Source: Candidatus Gottesmanbacteria bacterium (lineage in GTDB: Bacteria; Patescibacteriota; Microgenomatia; 2-02-FULL-39-11). Taken from it: a DNA stretch of 64,000 bases. The translations under genes and the position numbers were made by a program. The stretch lies in contig JACPKY010000002.1 of NCBI GenBank assembly GCA_016186795.1, forward strand, positions 218,593-282,592, in the 5' to 3' direction. Positions 28,023 through 37,280 of this stretch are shown here, piece by piece (position 1 is the stretch's first letter; each line of letters begins with the position of its first letter). The notes below the pieces were generated by a model that was not told the DNA's origin, made no database searches, and worked only from the letters and a program-made list of their open reading frames with translations.

Positions 28023-29402
28023 TTATTCTTGAATTGCTATTTCTGCTAATTCTCGGGCTAATCCAGAATAGTTGGATAAATCTTTTATTTTAAGCTTTTC
28101 TTTATCGCTTTTTTCCAATGGTAAACTATCAATTATTTTATATAACTGCTCTTTTGATAATGTTCTTCCTCTTGTTTTCTCCTTTAATAATTCATATGCA
28201 TTTTTTAAACCTTTCATTCTCAAATATGTCTGTATACCTTCAGAAAATATTTCCCAATGTTTATCTAGATCTTCTTTCATTTTCGATGGATTGGGCTTAA
28301 TACGTTTTAGACCAGATAATAAGCTATCGTAGGCCAGAAGACTAAAACCAAAAGCTAAGCCAAAATCTCTTTTGACCGTGCTATCAGATAGATCTCTTTG
28401 TAATCTAGAGTAAGATAATTTCCTAGAGAAAAATTCAAAAAGAGAGTTAGCTATACCGAGATTTCCCTCGGCATTTTCAAAAGTGATGGGATTGATTTTG
28501 TGAGACATGGTGGATGATCCTACTTCCGCTTCTTTTTTCTTTTGGAGAAAATATTCAAAAGATATATACCACCAAATATCTTGGGAGAAACCCAATAATA
28601 TATTATTTATTCTCCTTAGGGCATCAAATAAATTGATCCATGAATCATATGGCAAAATCTGGGTAGTAATGAGATTGGGAGTAAGTTTTAAAGAAGAAAT
28701 AAATTCGCTGCTGAATTTTAGCCAATCATATTTGGGGTCTATAAAATATAGAGCATTGAAATTACCTACAGCACCTGTTAATTTGGCTTCTATCTGGATC
28801 CTTGCCAGATTTTCTTTTTCTTTTTTGAGTCTCTGATAATAAACCGCTAATTCTTTACCCAGAGTTGTTGGTAGCGCCGGTTGACCATGAGTTCTCCCAA
28901 GCATAACCATTGTTTGAGTTTCGACAATAAGGGTCTTCAGACGTACTAAAACATTTGAAAGAGAGGGAAGATATACATCTTTCCGAAAATCTGAAATCAT
29001 GAGGGCATACGCTGGTATATTAATGTCGTAGGATGTGAGTCCAATGTGAATGAAAGGAATAAGATCGGTAAGCGACCCATTTTTGCATTTTTGTTGGATG
29101 TAATACTCTATTGCTTTCACGTCATGATTGGTCTTTTTCTCAAATTCCTTGACAGTATGTCCATCATTTAAGTCAAACTGCTTCCATAGCTTGTCCAACA
29201 ACTTTTTTTCGCCGTTTGTTAAGGATCGAACAATTCCAATTGAAGAGAGAAATTGAAGATATGAAACTTCGATACGAATTCTATATCGCATGAGAGCGAA
29301 CTCGGAAAAATATTCTGCAACGGACTTCACTTTATCCCAATTTCTGCCATCCAGAAGAGAAATAGCAGTTAGTTGATCTTTTATGTCTTTCACATAAGTC
29401 AT
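28023..29402 (-). CDS. purB: Adenylosuccinate lyase (fumarate-lyase superfamily)
   Basis: GSSTMSHKINPITFENAEGNLG matches the ASL SSxMPxKxN signature loop. 459 aa. Confidence 0.85.
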   Translation of the reverse strand: MTYVKDIKDQLTAISLLDGRNWDKVKSVAEYFSEFALMRYRIRIEVSYLQFLSSIGIVRSLTNGEKKLLDKLWKQFDLNDGHTVKEFEKKTNHDVKAIEYYIQQKCKNGSLTDLIPFIHIGLTSYDINIPAYALMISDFRKDVYLPSLSNVLVRLKTLIVETQTMVMLGRTHGQPALPTTLGKELAVYYQRLKKEKENLARIQIEAKLTGAVGNFNALYFIDPKYDWLKFSSEFISSLKLTPNLITTQILPYDSWINLFDALRRINNILLGFSQDIWWYISFEYFLQKKKEAEVGSSTMSHKINPITFENAEGNLGIANSLFEFFSRKLSYSRLQRDLSDSTVKRDFGLAFGFSLLAYDSLLSGLKRIKPNPSKMKEDLDKHWEIFSEGIQTYLRMKGLKNAYELLKEKTRGRTLSKEQLYKIIDSLPLEKSDKEKLKIKDLSNYSGLARELAEIAIQE

Positions 29403-30472
29403 TAAGTAGTGATTAGTTGTAATTGACCAAATTTCTGAGCATTTCTTATCTCTAAGGCAATTCTTTCGCCAAAACTGACTGGTCTATCATACAAGTAATG
29501 ACTATATGGTGTAAATATGGTTCCTGGAGACCCTGGAATACGAAGAGAAATATCAAAAACGACTATTTTCTCTTTGGGAGGTCCGGGGAGAATTGCAGTT
29601 TGTAGGGCAAATGGACCAATAATACCTGGTGGAACAATTTTTTTGGTGGATTTAACTAATTTTTCTGCCAATGCAAAAGCTTCTTCTAATAAGGATTCTT
29701 TGACTGTGACTGCAAAATGGCCGGATTCTATATAAGTTGGATATAAGATGTGTTCAATCTCTATTTGTTGTTTAGCTGGAATTCGTAGTAGTCCATCGAT
29801 ATTGGTTTGTCGTCTACTATCTGTACCCAATAATTCTAATTTATCCCTAAGTGGCGAATAAAAGAAATTGAAGTTGACTTGTGTTCCAATTAAATATTCT
29901 TCTATAACTGCTGTTGATAAATCTTCTCTTTTTATTTTTTTATCTCTTATGAGTTCCCCTGATCGAATAAGATATTCCTGATAATTGCTGGCGAAAAAGA
30001 ATGCCCGTTCATAACCACGTGTGGCTTCACTGACTTTCACCAAAACCAACCTATCTATACTTCTGGGATCTGTAAAACGCTTGGGATAAGTAATACTTGC
30101 ATTGTTCATGAGATCATATTGATTTTTATTTCCTTCTCTCTCTTCGTATCTGAGGAGAAATTTATTTCCGAATATGGGTACTTTGAAATGCTTTTCCAGT
30201 TTTTCTAAATCACAATAAACTTGACAATAACGGTGGGGTATAAATATAGAATTTTTCTCTAATAATTGATTTTTAATCGTTTTATCAGTTAGTTCTTTAA
30301 AGTGATCGACTAATAAAATTTCGTCAACAATATGATCGTAATATTTCTGATAAGTCTTTTCTCTTCCTTTTTGAGCAATAATCAATGTATTGAAATGAAA
30401 CTTTTTAGCTCCTGAGGCGATTTCCAAGGCAGAATGCCCACCCAATGTAGCAATTGTTATTTTGTTATTCAT
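29402..30472 (-). CDS. purP: Archaeal-type FAICAR synthetase PurP (formate-dependent, ATP-grasp), paralog 2
   Basis: N-terminus [22 protein letters not shown] parallels the PurP motif IATLGSHSALQI. ATP-grasp architecture, 356 aa. Confidence 0.65.
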   Translation of the reverse strand: MNNKITIATLGGHSALEIASGAKKFHFNTLIIAQKGREKTYQKYYDHIVDEILLVDHFKELTDKTIKNQLLEKNSIFIPHRYCQVYCDLEKLEKHFKVPIFGNKFLLRYEEREGNKNQYDLMNNASITYPKRFTDPRSIDRLVLVKVSEATRGYERAFFFASNYQEYLIRSGELIRDKKIKREDLSTAVIEEYLIGTQVNFNFFYSPLRDKLELLGTDSRRQTNIDGLLRIPAKQQIEIEHILYPTYIESGHFAVTVKESLLEEAFALAEKLVKSTKKIVPPGIIGPFALQTAILPGPPKEKIVVFDISLRIPGSPGTIFTPYSHYLYDRPVSFGERIALEIRNAQKFGQLQLITT

Positions 30473-30509
30473 ACGTTCTTCCTACCAGGTTGAACCTGGT
30501 TTTGCCCGA

Positions 30510-31517
30510 TTAGTTGAGTATTTCTGCGAGCCCCCCAATTTCTAGAGCTTCTTTAATTTCCCTGGCTATTCTTCTTCCTGTACTCATAGGCTTATCAAAA
30601 TGATAATCAGAATAAGTTGAACCCTGAGAAAACAGATTTGTACCAGCAACAATCCGGCAGGAAATTTCCATGACATAAAATTCAAGATCATTGGTTACTA
30701 TAGTTTCTATACAAAAAGGTCCATAAAGACCTCGTGGTGGAATTATTTTTTGTGAAGTTTTTATCACTGATTCGGCCATATTATAAGCTTCGGGAAGAAG
30801 TGATTCTCTGATAACAATAGGAAAGTTTCCGGCTACAGTATAGGATGGTTCAAGATCTAAATCTTCTTGGAATTTGTGAGGTAGTCTACCTAGACCATCG
30901 ACATTAGTTTCATACCTGCGATCAACACCCAATAGCTCTACCTGCTTGGATAGGGGAGAATAAAAAAACTGTAAATAAATAGGTATTCCTATAATATATT
31001 CCTGGATAATAAATTCTTTTATATTTATTTTTTCGATCTTTTTGGCAAAGTCATTTTTATTTTTCGCTACAAAATATCCGCTTCCGCCAAGGGCACCATA
31101 AAATTTGACTATAACTAGTCGGTCTATATCCTCAGGGTTTTTATATAATTTAGGCAAACGAATACCGGCTTTTTCTAACCATTCTCTTTGCTTTAACCTA
31201 TCACCTTCCCAAGAAAGTACTTTTTTGTTGCCATAATGCAGCAATTTTAATTTATTATCATAGTCATTTCCCAAATAAGCAACAAATGAACCATGGGGAA
31301 TAATTATGACATTTCTTTTTTTTAAATTATTTTGGATATTATATAAATCTTGATAAGTGGGAATTGTCAAAACTTCGTCGATAAAAGAAAACCTTTGATA
31401 AAAGGAGTTTTTCTTTGGGGTGGCAATAGCCAATGTACTAAATCCTTCATCTTTGGCTCCTTTGAGTATCTGGAGACAAGAATGAGATGCAAGTGTGGCA
31501 ATAGTGTATTTCATCAA
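30510..31517 (-). CDS. purP: Archaeal-type FAICAR synthetase PurP (5-formaminoimidazole-4-carboxamide ribonucleotide synthetase), paralog 1
   Basis: MMKYTIATLASHSCLQILKGAKDEGFSTLAI closely matches the PurP N-terminus. 335 aa, ATP-grasp fold. Confidence 0.75.
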   Translation of the reverse strand: MMKYTIATLASHSCLQILKGAKDEGFSTLAIATPKKNSFYQRFSFIDEVLTIPTYQDLYNIQNNLKKRNVIIIPHGSFVAYLGNDYDNKLKLLHYGNKKVLSWEGDRLKQREWLEKAGIRLPKLYKNPEDIDRLVIVKFYGALGGSGYFVAKNKNDFAKKIEKINIKEFIIQEYIIGIPIYLQFFYSPLSKQVELLGVDRRYETNVDGLGRLPHKFQEDLDLEPSYTVAGNFPIVIRESLLPEAYNMAESVIKTSQKIIPPRGLYGPFCIETIVTNDLEFYVMEISCRIVAGTNLFSQGSTYSDYHFDKPMSTGRRIAREIKEALEIGGLAEILN

Positions 31518-32827
31518 TTTTTTATGAAATTCATTTCAGCCAAAAGTTTAGTAATAAACCTTATTCCTTCAAGTCCTGCTTTTTTTACATAAGTTTCATT
31601 TACTCCATGAGTCATGCGTGGAGGAATGAGGTCTTTCTGTGATCGACTCCCCGGACCCATGGTAATTGGTATAAAGCTCTTCTTTATTTCGGTGTTGATG
31701 CAACTATAAATTTTCCCGGTGTCTGTTGAACCTGGATTAATTTCAAAGCGAAGTTGTAAAGAATTGGCTTGTATTTTTTTCATTTTTTGGTAAATTTCAT
31801 CGTTTAATAGTTGTTTTTTTATGCTATAACCGTTGTCAATCTTTTTAACAAATTTGTAATTAATGCGATGTTTATTTAATTCATCGATAAGATTATCAAT
31901 ATGTTTCATTGTTCGTAGATCAAAAATCGCTTTATGCTTAGTGGCTTTTAAGGTTTTGGTTTTGTAAACAATTTTTGGTACGTTGCTCACTCCTTGTGGA
32001 CTTCCCGCTTTTATAAGCTGATTATTGGAGAATTTTGTAGTAAGGAATTGATAAATTAAATTTCCCTCTCTTCTAACTGTGGCGGCGTGACCACCGATTT
32101 GTTCAAACATTTCCCATTGGATATTGGACTTATCAGGCACAGGAATAATACTTGTAGGATTCCACAAATTAATATCATTATATAAAAACTTTTTTAGTGT
32201 TTCTAGCTGTCCAATAACTTCCATTCCGAAGGCTCCATTTTCTCCATAATTTATATACAGAGTAGGTGGAGTTGTTGTTTTTATATTATTTTCTAATGTA
32301 ATAAGATACGTCTTCGATCCCAAGGGTAGTTGGTTACCTAATTGGGTGCCAATTTCTTGAGCAGAAATACCGCCTTGCTCCTCACGGCTAGAAATCGTAA
32401 ACAAAATATTGGAAGTACGAGGGTAATATGCTGCTAGTAGATGAGCTAATAATAGCTGATAAGCCACACCTGCTTTGTCATCATTTACACCTCTTCCAAC
32501 TATAGTTTTAGCATCCTCATAGGGATGAAATGGATCAAATTGTTTGTGCCATTCTTTTTTTTCGGCATGAACTGTGTCGATATGTGATGATAAATAAACA
32601 ATTGGTCTTGAGGGGTTAATTTTTTTACTAATCCCGATAAGATTTTGGGTTTGGTCAAAGTAAAATCTATATTCTTGTAGTTGCTGCTCGAACTCCTGTT
32701 TGCAAAATTTGAGCGCTTTGATAATACCCTTTTTGTTTGAATAAACAGTATTTATAGACACTAAGCGTTTTAATAGAGATAAATAATTTCCATAGCTAGA
32801 TGTGATATGGTTGTCTATTCCCTTCAT
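31514..32827 (-). CDS. M20-family metallohydrolase (ArgE/DapE/CPG2-like)
   Basis: Metal-binding motifs SHIDTVH and GRGVNDDKAGVA and an internal dimerisation-domain insert. 437 aa. Confidence 0.65.
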   Translation of the reverse strand: MKGIDNHITSSYGNYLSLLKRLVSINTVYSNKKGIIKALKFCKQEFEQQLQEYRFYFDQTQNLIGISKKINPSRPIVYLSSHIDTVHAEKKEWHKQFDPFHPYEDAKTIVGRGVNDDKAGVAYQLLLAHLLAAYYPRTSNILFTISSREEQGGISAQEIGTQLGNQLPLGSKTYLITLENNIKTTTPPTLYINYGENGAFGMEVIGQLETLKKFLYNDINLWNPTSIIPVPDKSNIQWEMFEQIGGHAATVRREGNLIYQFLTTKFSNNQLIKAGSPQGVSNVPKIVYKTKTLKATKHKAIFDLRTMKHIDNLIDELNKHRINYKFVKKIDNGYSIKKQLLNDEIYQKMKKIQANSLQLRFEINPGSTDTGKIYSCINTEIKKSFIPITMGPGSRSQKDLIPPRMTHGVNETYVKKAGLEGIRFITKLLAEMNFIKN

Positions 32828-32831
32828 ATTT

Positions 32832-35213
32832 TTAACGTATTTTATATGTTTCAGAATTGTAAATTATTTTTTTCTGATCAATAAGTACTTTTCTTGGGCC
32901 TTTCGCAACATATCCAGCTTCCAATCCCTGAAAGCTATTTTTCTTTATAATCGAAAGTGCTTTTGGAACTTCTTTTTTATCTAAAAATAACGCGTAGTCC
33001 ATACCCATATTATATGTTTGATACATCTCGTAATCTGAAAGGTTAGCATGCTTTTGGATAAATAAAAAAACTTCTTGAGGTTGAAATATTTTTTCGATAA
33101 TATAGGAAAAATTCTGCTTGGCGCGCATGAGCTTTCGAAGTCCATGACCAGTGATATTGACAATGTAATGAATATCAATTCCACCAAGGAAAAGCTTTTG
33201 AATAAGATGGGAATATATGTGCGATTTTTGTAAAACTTCTTCGCCAAAAAGTTTTCCATTTGGAAGTTTTGTGGCATAACGTTTGGGAAGTTTCTCTGCA
33301 ATTTTTCGAATTAGAGAAATCCCATTCGCATTTGGGCCATTACTTTTTAGGAAAATAATTCGATCGTTCGCTTTTAGTCTATCGTCAGTGATAAGTCGCT
33401 TTTTTGGCACAATAATTCCAACTACTGAACCTCCCAAATCTGCAGTATCTTTCGTAATAATTCCTTTGAGAGTCGGTGTCTCCCCTCCGCCCCATGTGCA
33501 CCCTGCTTCAATGCATGCGTTTTTCCATCCAGTGACAAAATCGAACAATCTTTGCCTGTTTTGCAACCATGAATTATCCTCAATGGCCCAGTATGCCGAG
33601 CAAACAAGTGGTTTTGCTCCCACAGTAGAAATGTCGTTTACAAAGGTTGCAACTGTATCATGGGCAATAACATCGTAATAGGTCTTTCCGGTAATTTTGT
33701 GCGTTTCATCTGCCACAAGATTTTTTGTTCCCAAGCACTCCAGCACAGTTGCCATATAGACGTCACCTTGTTCCCACACAAATGCGGAAGAACCGCGTGT
33801 TGAGGAAACTTCGGAAAAACCAGAATTTTTCAACTGCAATGCTGTTTCTGCCGCAGCCTTCTGACTAAGCCTCAAAATCGGATCTTTTGTGTCATAGTTA
33901 TCACCAACCTGAGAATACGTCACCGCAAAATTCTTTTTTCGAATGAGGCCTTTTTTTCCTATGTCGTGTCTGTAGTGCATACCAGGAAAATAAATCTTTC
34001 CTTTCCCAATATTCAAATAAGCCTTTTCTATAGCTGCATTCAATGTGTTCCCAACCGCTGTTACTGAAATCACTCTTCCGCCCGAAGAGACAACACGTTC
34101 ACCACGTATTGTTGTTGCCGAGTGGAAAATATGCACATCAGATACATTGTTGACTTTATCAAGTCCAACAAGTACGCTCCCTTTCTTAAAATTACCCGGA
34201 TACCCATCGGATGCTAGTACCACACATACCGCAAATCCGGGATTCCAGGAAAGTTTAAGATTTTGTACCTTTTTCTGCTTTATTGCCAAGAGGATCTCAA
34301 GAAGGTCGGTTTTAAGAAGCGTTAAGACTGGTTGAGTTTCTGGGTCTCCGAAACGGCAATTAAACTCCAATACTTTGGGACCTTCTCTTGTTATGATTAG
34401 CCCCGGATAAAGAATCCCTTCATAGGGAATTCTCTCCTTTTTCATACCAGCAATTATTGGCTTGACTATTTCTCTTTCGATTTTCAGAATCATTTTTTCG
34501 TCAACAAATGGAACTGGAGCATACGCACCCATCCCTCCAGTATTTGGTCCACGATCACCGTCGAATATCCGCTTATGATCTTGAGAAGGAATAAATGAAA
34601 CGAAGTCTTTCCCATCCGATGCCACCATGAATGATATTTCTTTCCCTTCTAAATACTCCTCGATTACTACTTCGTTTCCAGATGATCCAAATATTTTTTT
34701 TACCATAATGTCTTTCAAGAATTTAATCGCCTCGCTTTTTGTTTTGGCCACCAATACCCCCTTCCCTGCCGCATGACCGCTTGCTTTTATAACAAGCGGG
34801 TACGCGTGGTCTCTTAGGTAATTTTTGGCATCTTTGAAACTGCGAAAAGATTTATACTGTGCAGTTGGGATGTTATACTTTTCCATAATCTTTTTGGCAA
34901 AAGCCTTGGATCCTTCAAGACGAGCTGCTTTCTTTGTTGGCCCAATGATCGAAAGGTTATTTTTTTGGAAAAGATCAACAATTCCCTCAATAAGAGGAGC
35001 TTCCGGACCGACAAATGTCAGATCAATCTTTTTCGATTTCGCAAACTGAACTAATTTTTGTTTTTGTGATACGGGAATCGGAATGTTCTGGCTAAGGATC
35101 GAAGTTCCAGGACTACCAGGCGCACAGTAAAGTTTGGTTACATGCTTCGATTGCGATAATTTCCAAACAATTGCATGCTCTCTTCCTCCTGAACCAATAA
35201 CAAGGACTTTCAT
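32832..35213 (-). CDS. purD: Bifunctional phosphoribosylamine-glycine ligase / AIR synthetase (PurD-PurM fusion, 793 aa)
   Basis: The N-terminal ~430 aa is PurD: MKVLVIGSGGREHAIVWKL and an ATP-grasp domain. The C-terminal ~350 aa is PurM-like: ATVLECLGTKNLVAD, GKTYYDVIAHDTVATFVNDISTVGAKPLVCSAYWA. Confidence 0.8.
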   Translation of the reverse strand: MKVLVIGSGGREHAIVWKLSQSKHVTKLYCAPGSPGTSILSQNIPIPVSQKQKLVQFAKSKKIDLTFVGPEAPLIEGIVDLFQKNNLSIIGPTKKAARLEGSKAFAKKIMEKYNIPTAQYKSFRSFKDAKNYLRDHAYPLVIKASGHAAGKGVLVAKTKSEAIKFLKDIMVKKIFGSSGNEVVIEEYLEGKEISFMVASDGKDFVSFIPSQDHKRIFDGDRGPNTGGMGAYAPVPFVDEKMILKIEREIVKPIIAGMKKERIPYEGILYPGLIITREGPKVLEFNCRFGDPETQPVLTLLKTDLLEILLAIKQKKVQNLKLSWNPGFAVCVVLASDGYPGNFKKGSVLVGLDKVNNVSDVHIFHSATTIRGERVVSSGGRVISVTAVGNTLNAAIEKAYLNIGKGKIYFPGMHYRHDIGKKGLIRKKNFAVTYSQVGDNYDTKDPILRLSQKAAAETALQLKNSGFSEVSSTRGSSAFVWEQGDVYMATVLECLGTKNLVADETHKITGKTYYDVIAHDTVATFVNDISTVGAKPLVCSAYWAIEDNSWLQNRQRLFDFVTGWKNACIEAGCTWGGGETPTLKGIITKDTADLGGSVVGIIVPKKRLITDDRLKANDRIIFLKSNGPNANGISLIRKIAEKLPKRYATKLPNGKLFGEEVLQKSHIYSHLIQKLFLGGIDIHYIVNITGHGLRKLMRAKQNFSYIIEKIFQPQEVFLFIQKHANLSDYEMYQTYNMGMDYALFLDKKEVPKALSIIKKNSFQGLEAGYVAKGPRKVLIDQKKIIYNSETYKIR

Positions 35214-35914
35214 AGAAAATGGGTGCCTTTTGAAATAATCACCTTTCCTCTTCTTACCATTAGCTTCCCTTCACAAAAAAGGGAAATAGCTTCTGGAAGA
35301 ATTAGATGTTCACGTTTTTTCATTCGGGCATAAAGAGAATCTACAGTATCTCTTGGTAAAATTGGGACCTCGCCTCGCAAAATGACAGGCCCCTCATCTA
35401 CCTTTTCGGTAATGAAGTGAACAGTCGATCCTGTAACTGGGAAGTTGTGATCAAGCGCATATTTTACCGCATGATTCGTATGGAGACCCCGAATTGCCAA
35501 TACCTTCTCTCCGCCTACAAGTGTAATCCACTTCTTCTTACCATCTGGCAGGAGTCCTGGATGAAGGTTTATGACTTTATTCGAAAAATACCGAAGAAAG
35601 TATTTTGATACGATAAGCATCCAGCCGGCAAGGACTACTAAATCCACGTGATACTCATCTTTTAGCATTTTCCCTAAATCATGATCATACTGAAAACGGG
35701 TTTTTCCTTCTCGAAGATAATGGGAAAGGTCAAAAATAACTGTGGGGAATTTATATTTTCTTGCCCGTACCAATCCGTATGCATCAGATTCATTGGAAAC
35801 CACAACAACAATTTCTGCATTCTTCACTCTTCCGGTCTTTATTGAGCGAATGATTGCTTCAAGATTGGATCCTGTACCCTTGTTGGATAGCAAAACCGCA
35901 ATCTTTTTCTTCAT
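35210..35914 (-). CDS. purN: Phosphoribosylglycinamide formyltransferase
   Basis: MKKKIAVLLSNKGTGSNLEAII and VINLHPGLLP (the NxHPSLLP motif). Start taken at the internal Met, since the track ORF extends 16 codons upstream. Confidence 0.8.
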   Translation of the reverse strand: MKKKIAVLLSNKGTGSNLEAIIRSIKTGRVKNAEIVVVVSNESDAYGLVRARKYKFPTVIFDLSHYLREGKTRFQYDHDLGKMLKDEYHVDLVVLAGWMLIVSKYFLRYFSNKVINLHPGLLPDGKKKWITLVGGEKVLAIRGLHTNHAVKYALDHNFPVTGSTVHFITEKVDEGPVILRGEVPILPRDTVDSLYARMKKREHLILPEAISLFCEGKLMVRRGKVIISKGTHFL

Positions 35915-35915
35915 T

Positions 35916-37271
35916 TCACATTTTAAATATCGGAAACTTTGATGCGAATAATCGGACCTCACGCCGAATTTTTAGTAAAGTCCTATCACGGTGCACTTTT
36001 TTCTTGAAATTATCCATATACGGTTTTCGCTCTTCTCGCTTTGAGGGAAGCGAAAATAATCGAACAGCCTCAAGAGAGCGGGAAATCCAGTCTGCAACTT
36101 TTATCATGTCTTTAGCTTTGAGACCACGAGTCGTTAATGCCGGAGTTCCAAGTCGAATACCAGATGGATAAAAGGGCGACGAAGGCTCTCCGGGAATTGT
36201 GTTTTTGTTGACAGTAATGCCCGCCACTTCCAGCGCATACTGGGCAAAATATCCCCCTCCGGAACCATAGAGGGGAATCAGATCCACAAGAAGCATATGA
36301 TTTTGCGTCCCATTCCCTACGAGCTTTATACCACGTTTGAGAAGGGAAGCTGCAAGTGTTTTGGCATTTATAACAATTTGCTTCCCATATTTGCGGAAGG
36401 CGGGAGTTTGAGCTTCGCGAAGGGCAATAGCAATTGCAGCTGTTGTGTGATCATGCGGACCACCCTGCAGCCCTGGAAATACGGCTTTATCAATTCTATC
36501 GGCTAAATCTGCATCTTTCTGAAGACCTTTTTTTGTCACCATAATCATCGCTCCCCTCGGACCACGGAGCGTTTTGTGTGTCGTTGTCGTCACAATATGT
36601 GCATATGAAACGGGTGAAAGATGAACTTTGGCAACAACAAGCCCCGCAACATGAGCTATATCGGCAGCCAAATATGCCCCATATGTTGCTGCAAGATCTG
36701 CAAATTTACGAAACGGGAACTCATAGACATACGCTGTAGCTCCTACCCATATAAGTTTTGGTTTGTGCTTTTTTATGAGCATTTCAAGTTCAGTGAAATC
36801 TATTTGTCCAGTTTTATCAACATGATAGAGAACCGGGTTATAAAAAATTCCTGTCGCCGAGACATTCCATCCGTGAGTTAAATGTCCACCATGAGTAAGG
36901 TCTAAACCCATCACCGTATCACCAGGTTTGCACGTTGCCAGATAGACAGCAAGATTTGCTGGAGAGCCAGAATATGGTTGGACATTTACATGAGGAACAC
37001 CAAAAAGCTTTTGCGCCCGAGACATTGCAAGCATTTCTATCTCATCGATATACTCATTTCCACCATAATACCGTTTTTTGGGAAACCCCTCTGAGTACTT
37101 GTTGGTGAGTATCGATCCCATAGCCTCAAGAACTGAGGATGATACGTAATTTTCAGAAGGTATCATTTCTAACCCTTCAATTTGCCGTTTTTCCTCAAGT
37201 TTCATAAAATGGGCAAGTTTCTGGTCTGAGCGGGTAATATTTCTGATATTCATGTAACTGCCTCCTTTCAT
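35916..37271 (-). CDS. glyA: Serine hydroxymethyltransferase
   Basis: LEMIPSENYVS, GYPGKRYYGG-like KRYYGGNEYID and the PLP-lysine region THKTLRGPRG. The true start may be an internal Met. Confidence 0.9.
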   Translation of the reverse strand: MKGGSYMNIRNITRSDQKLAHFMKLEEKRQIEGLEMIPSENYVSSSVLEAMGSILTNKYSEGFPKKRYYGGNEYIDEIEMLAMSRAQKLFGVPHVNVQPYSGSPANLAVYLATCKPGDTVMGLDLTHGGHLTHGWNVSATGIFYNPVLYHVDKTGQIDFTELEMLIKKHKPKLIWVGATAYVYEFPFRKFADLAATYGAYLAADIAHVAGLVVAKVHLSPVSYAHIVTTTTHKTLRGPRGAMIMVTKKGLQKDADLADRIDKAVFPGLQGGPHDHTTAAIAIALREAQTPAFRKYGKQIVINAKTLAASLLKRGIKLVGNGTQNHMLLVDLIPLYGSGGGYFAQYALEVAGITVNKNTIPGEPSSPFYPSGIRLGTPALTTRGLKAKDMIKVADWISRSLEAVRLFSLPSKREERKPYMDNFKKKVHRDRTLLKIRREVRLFASKFPIFKM

Positions 37272-37280
37272 ATATGTCAG

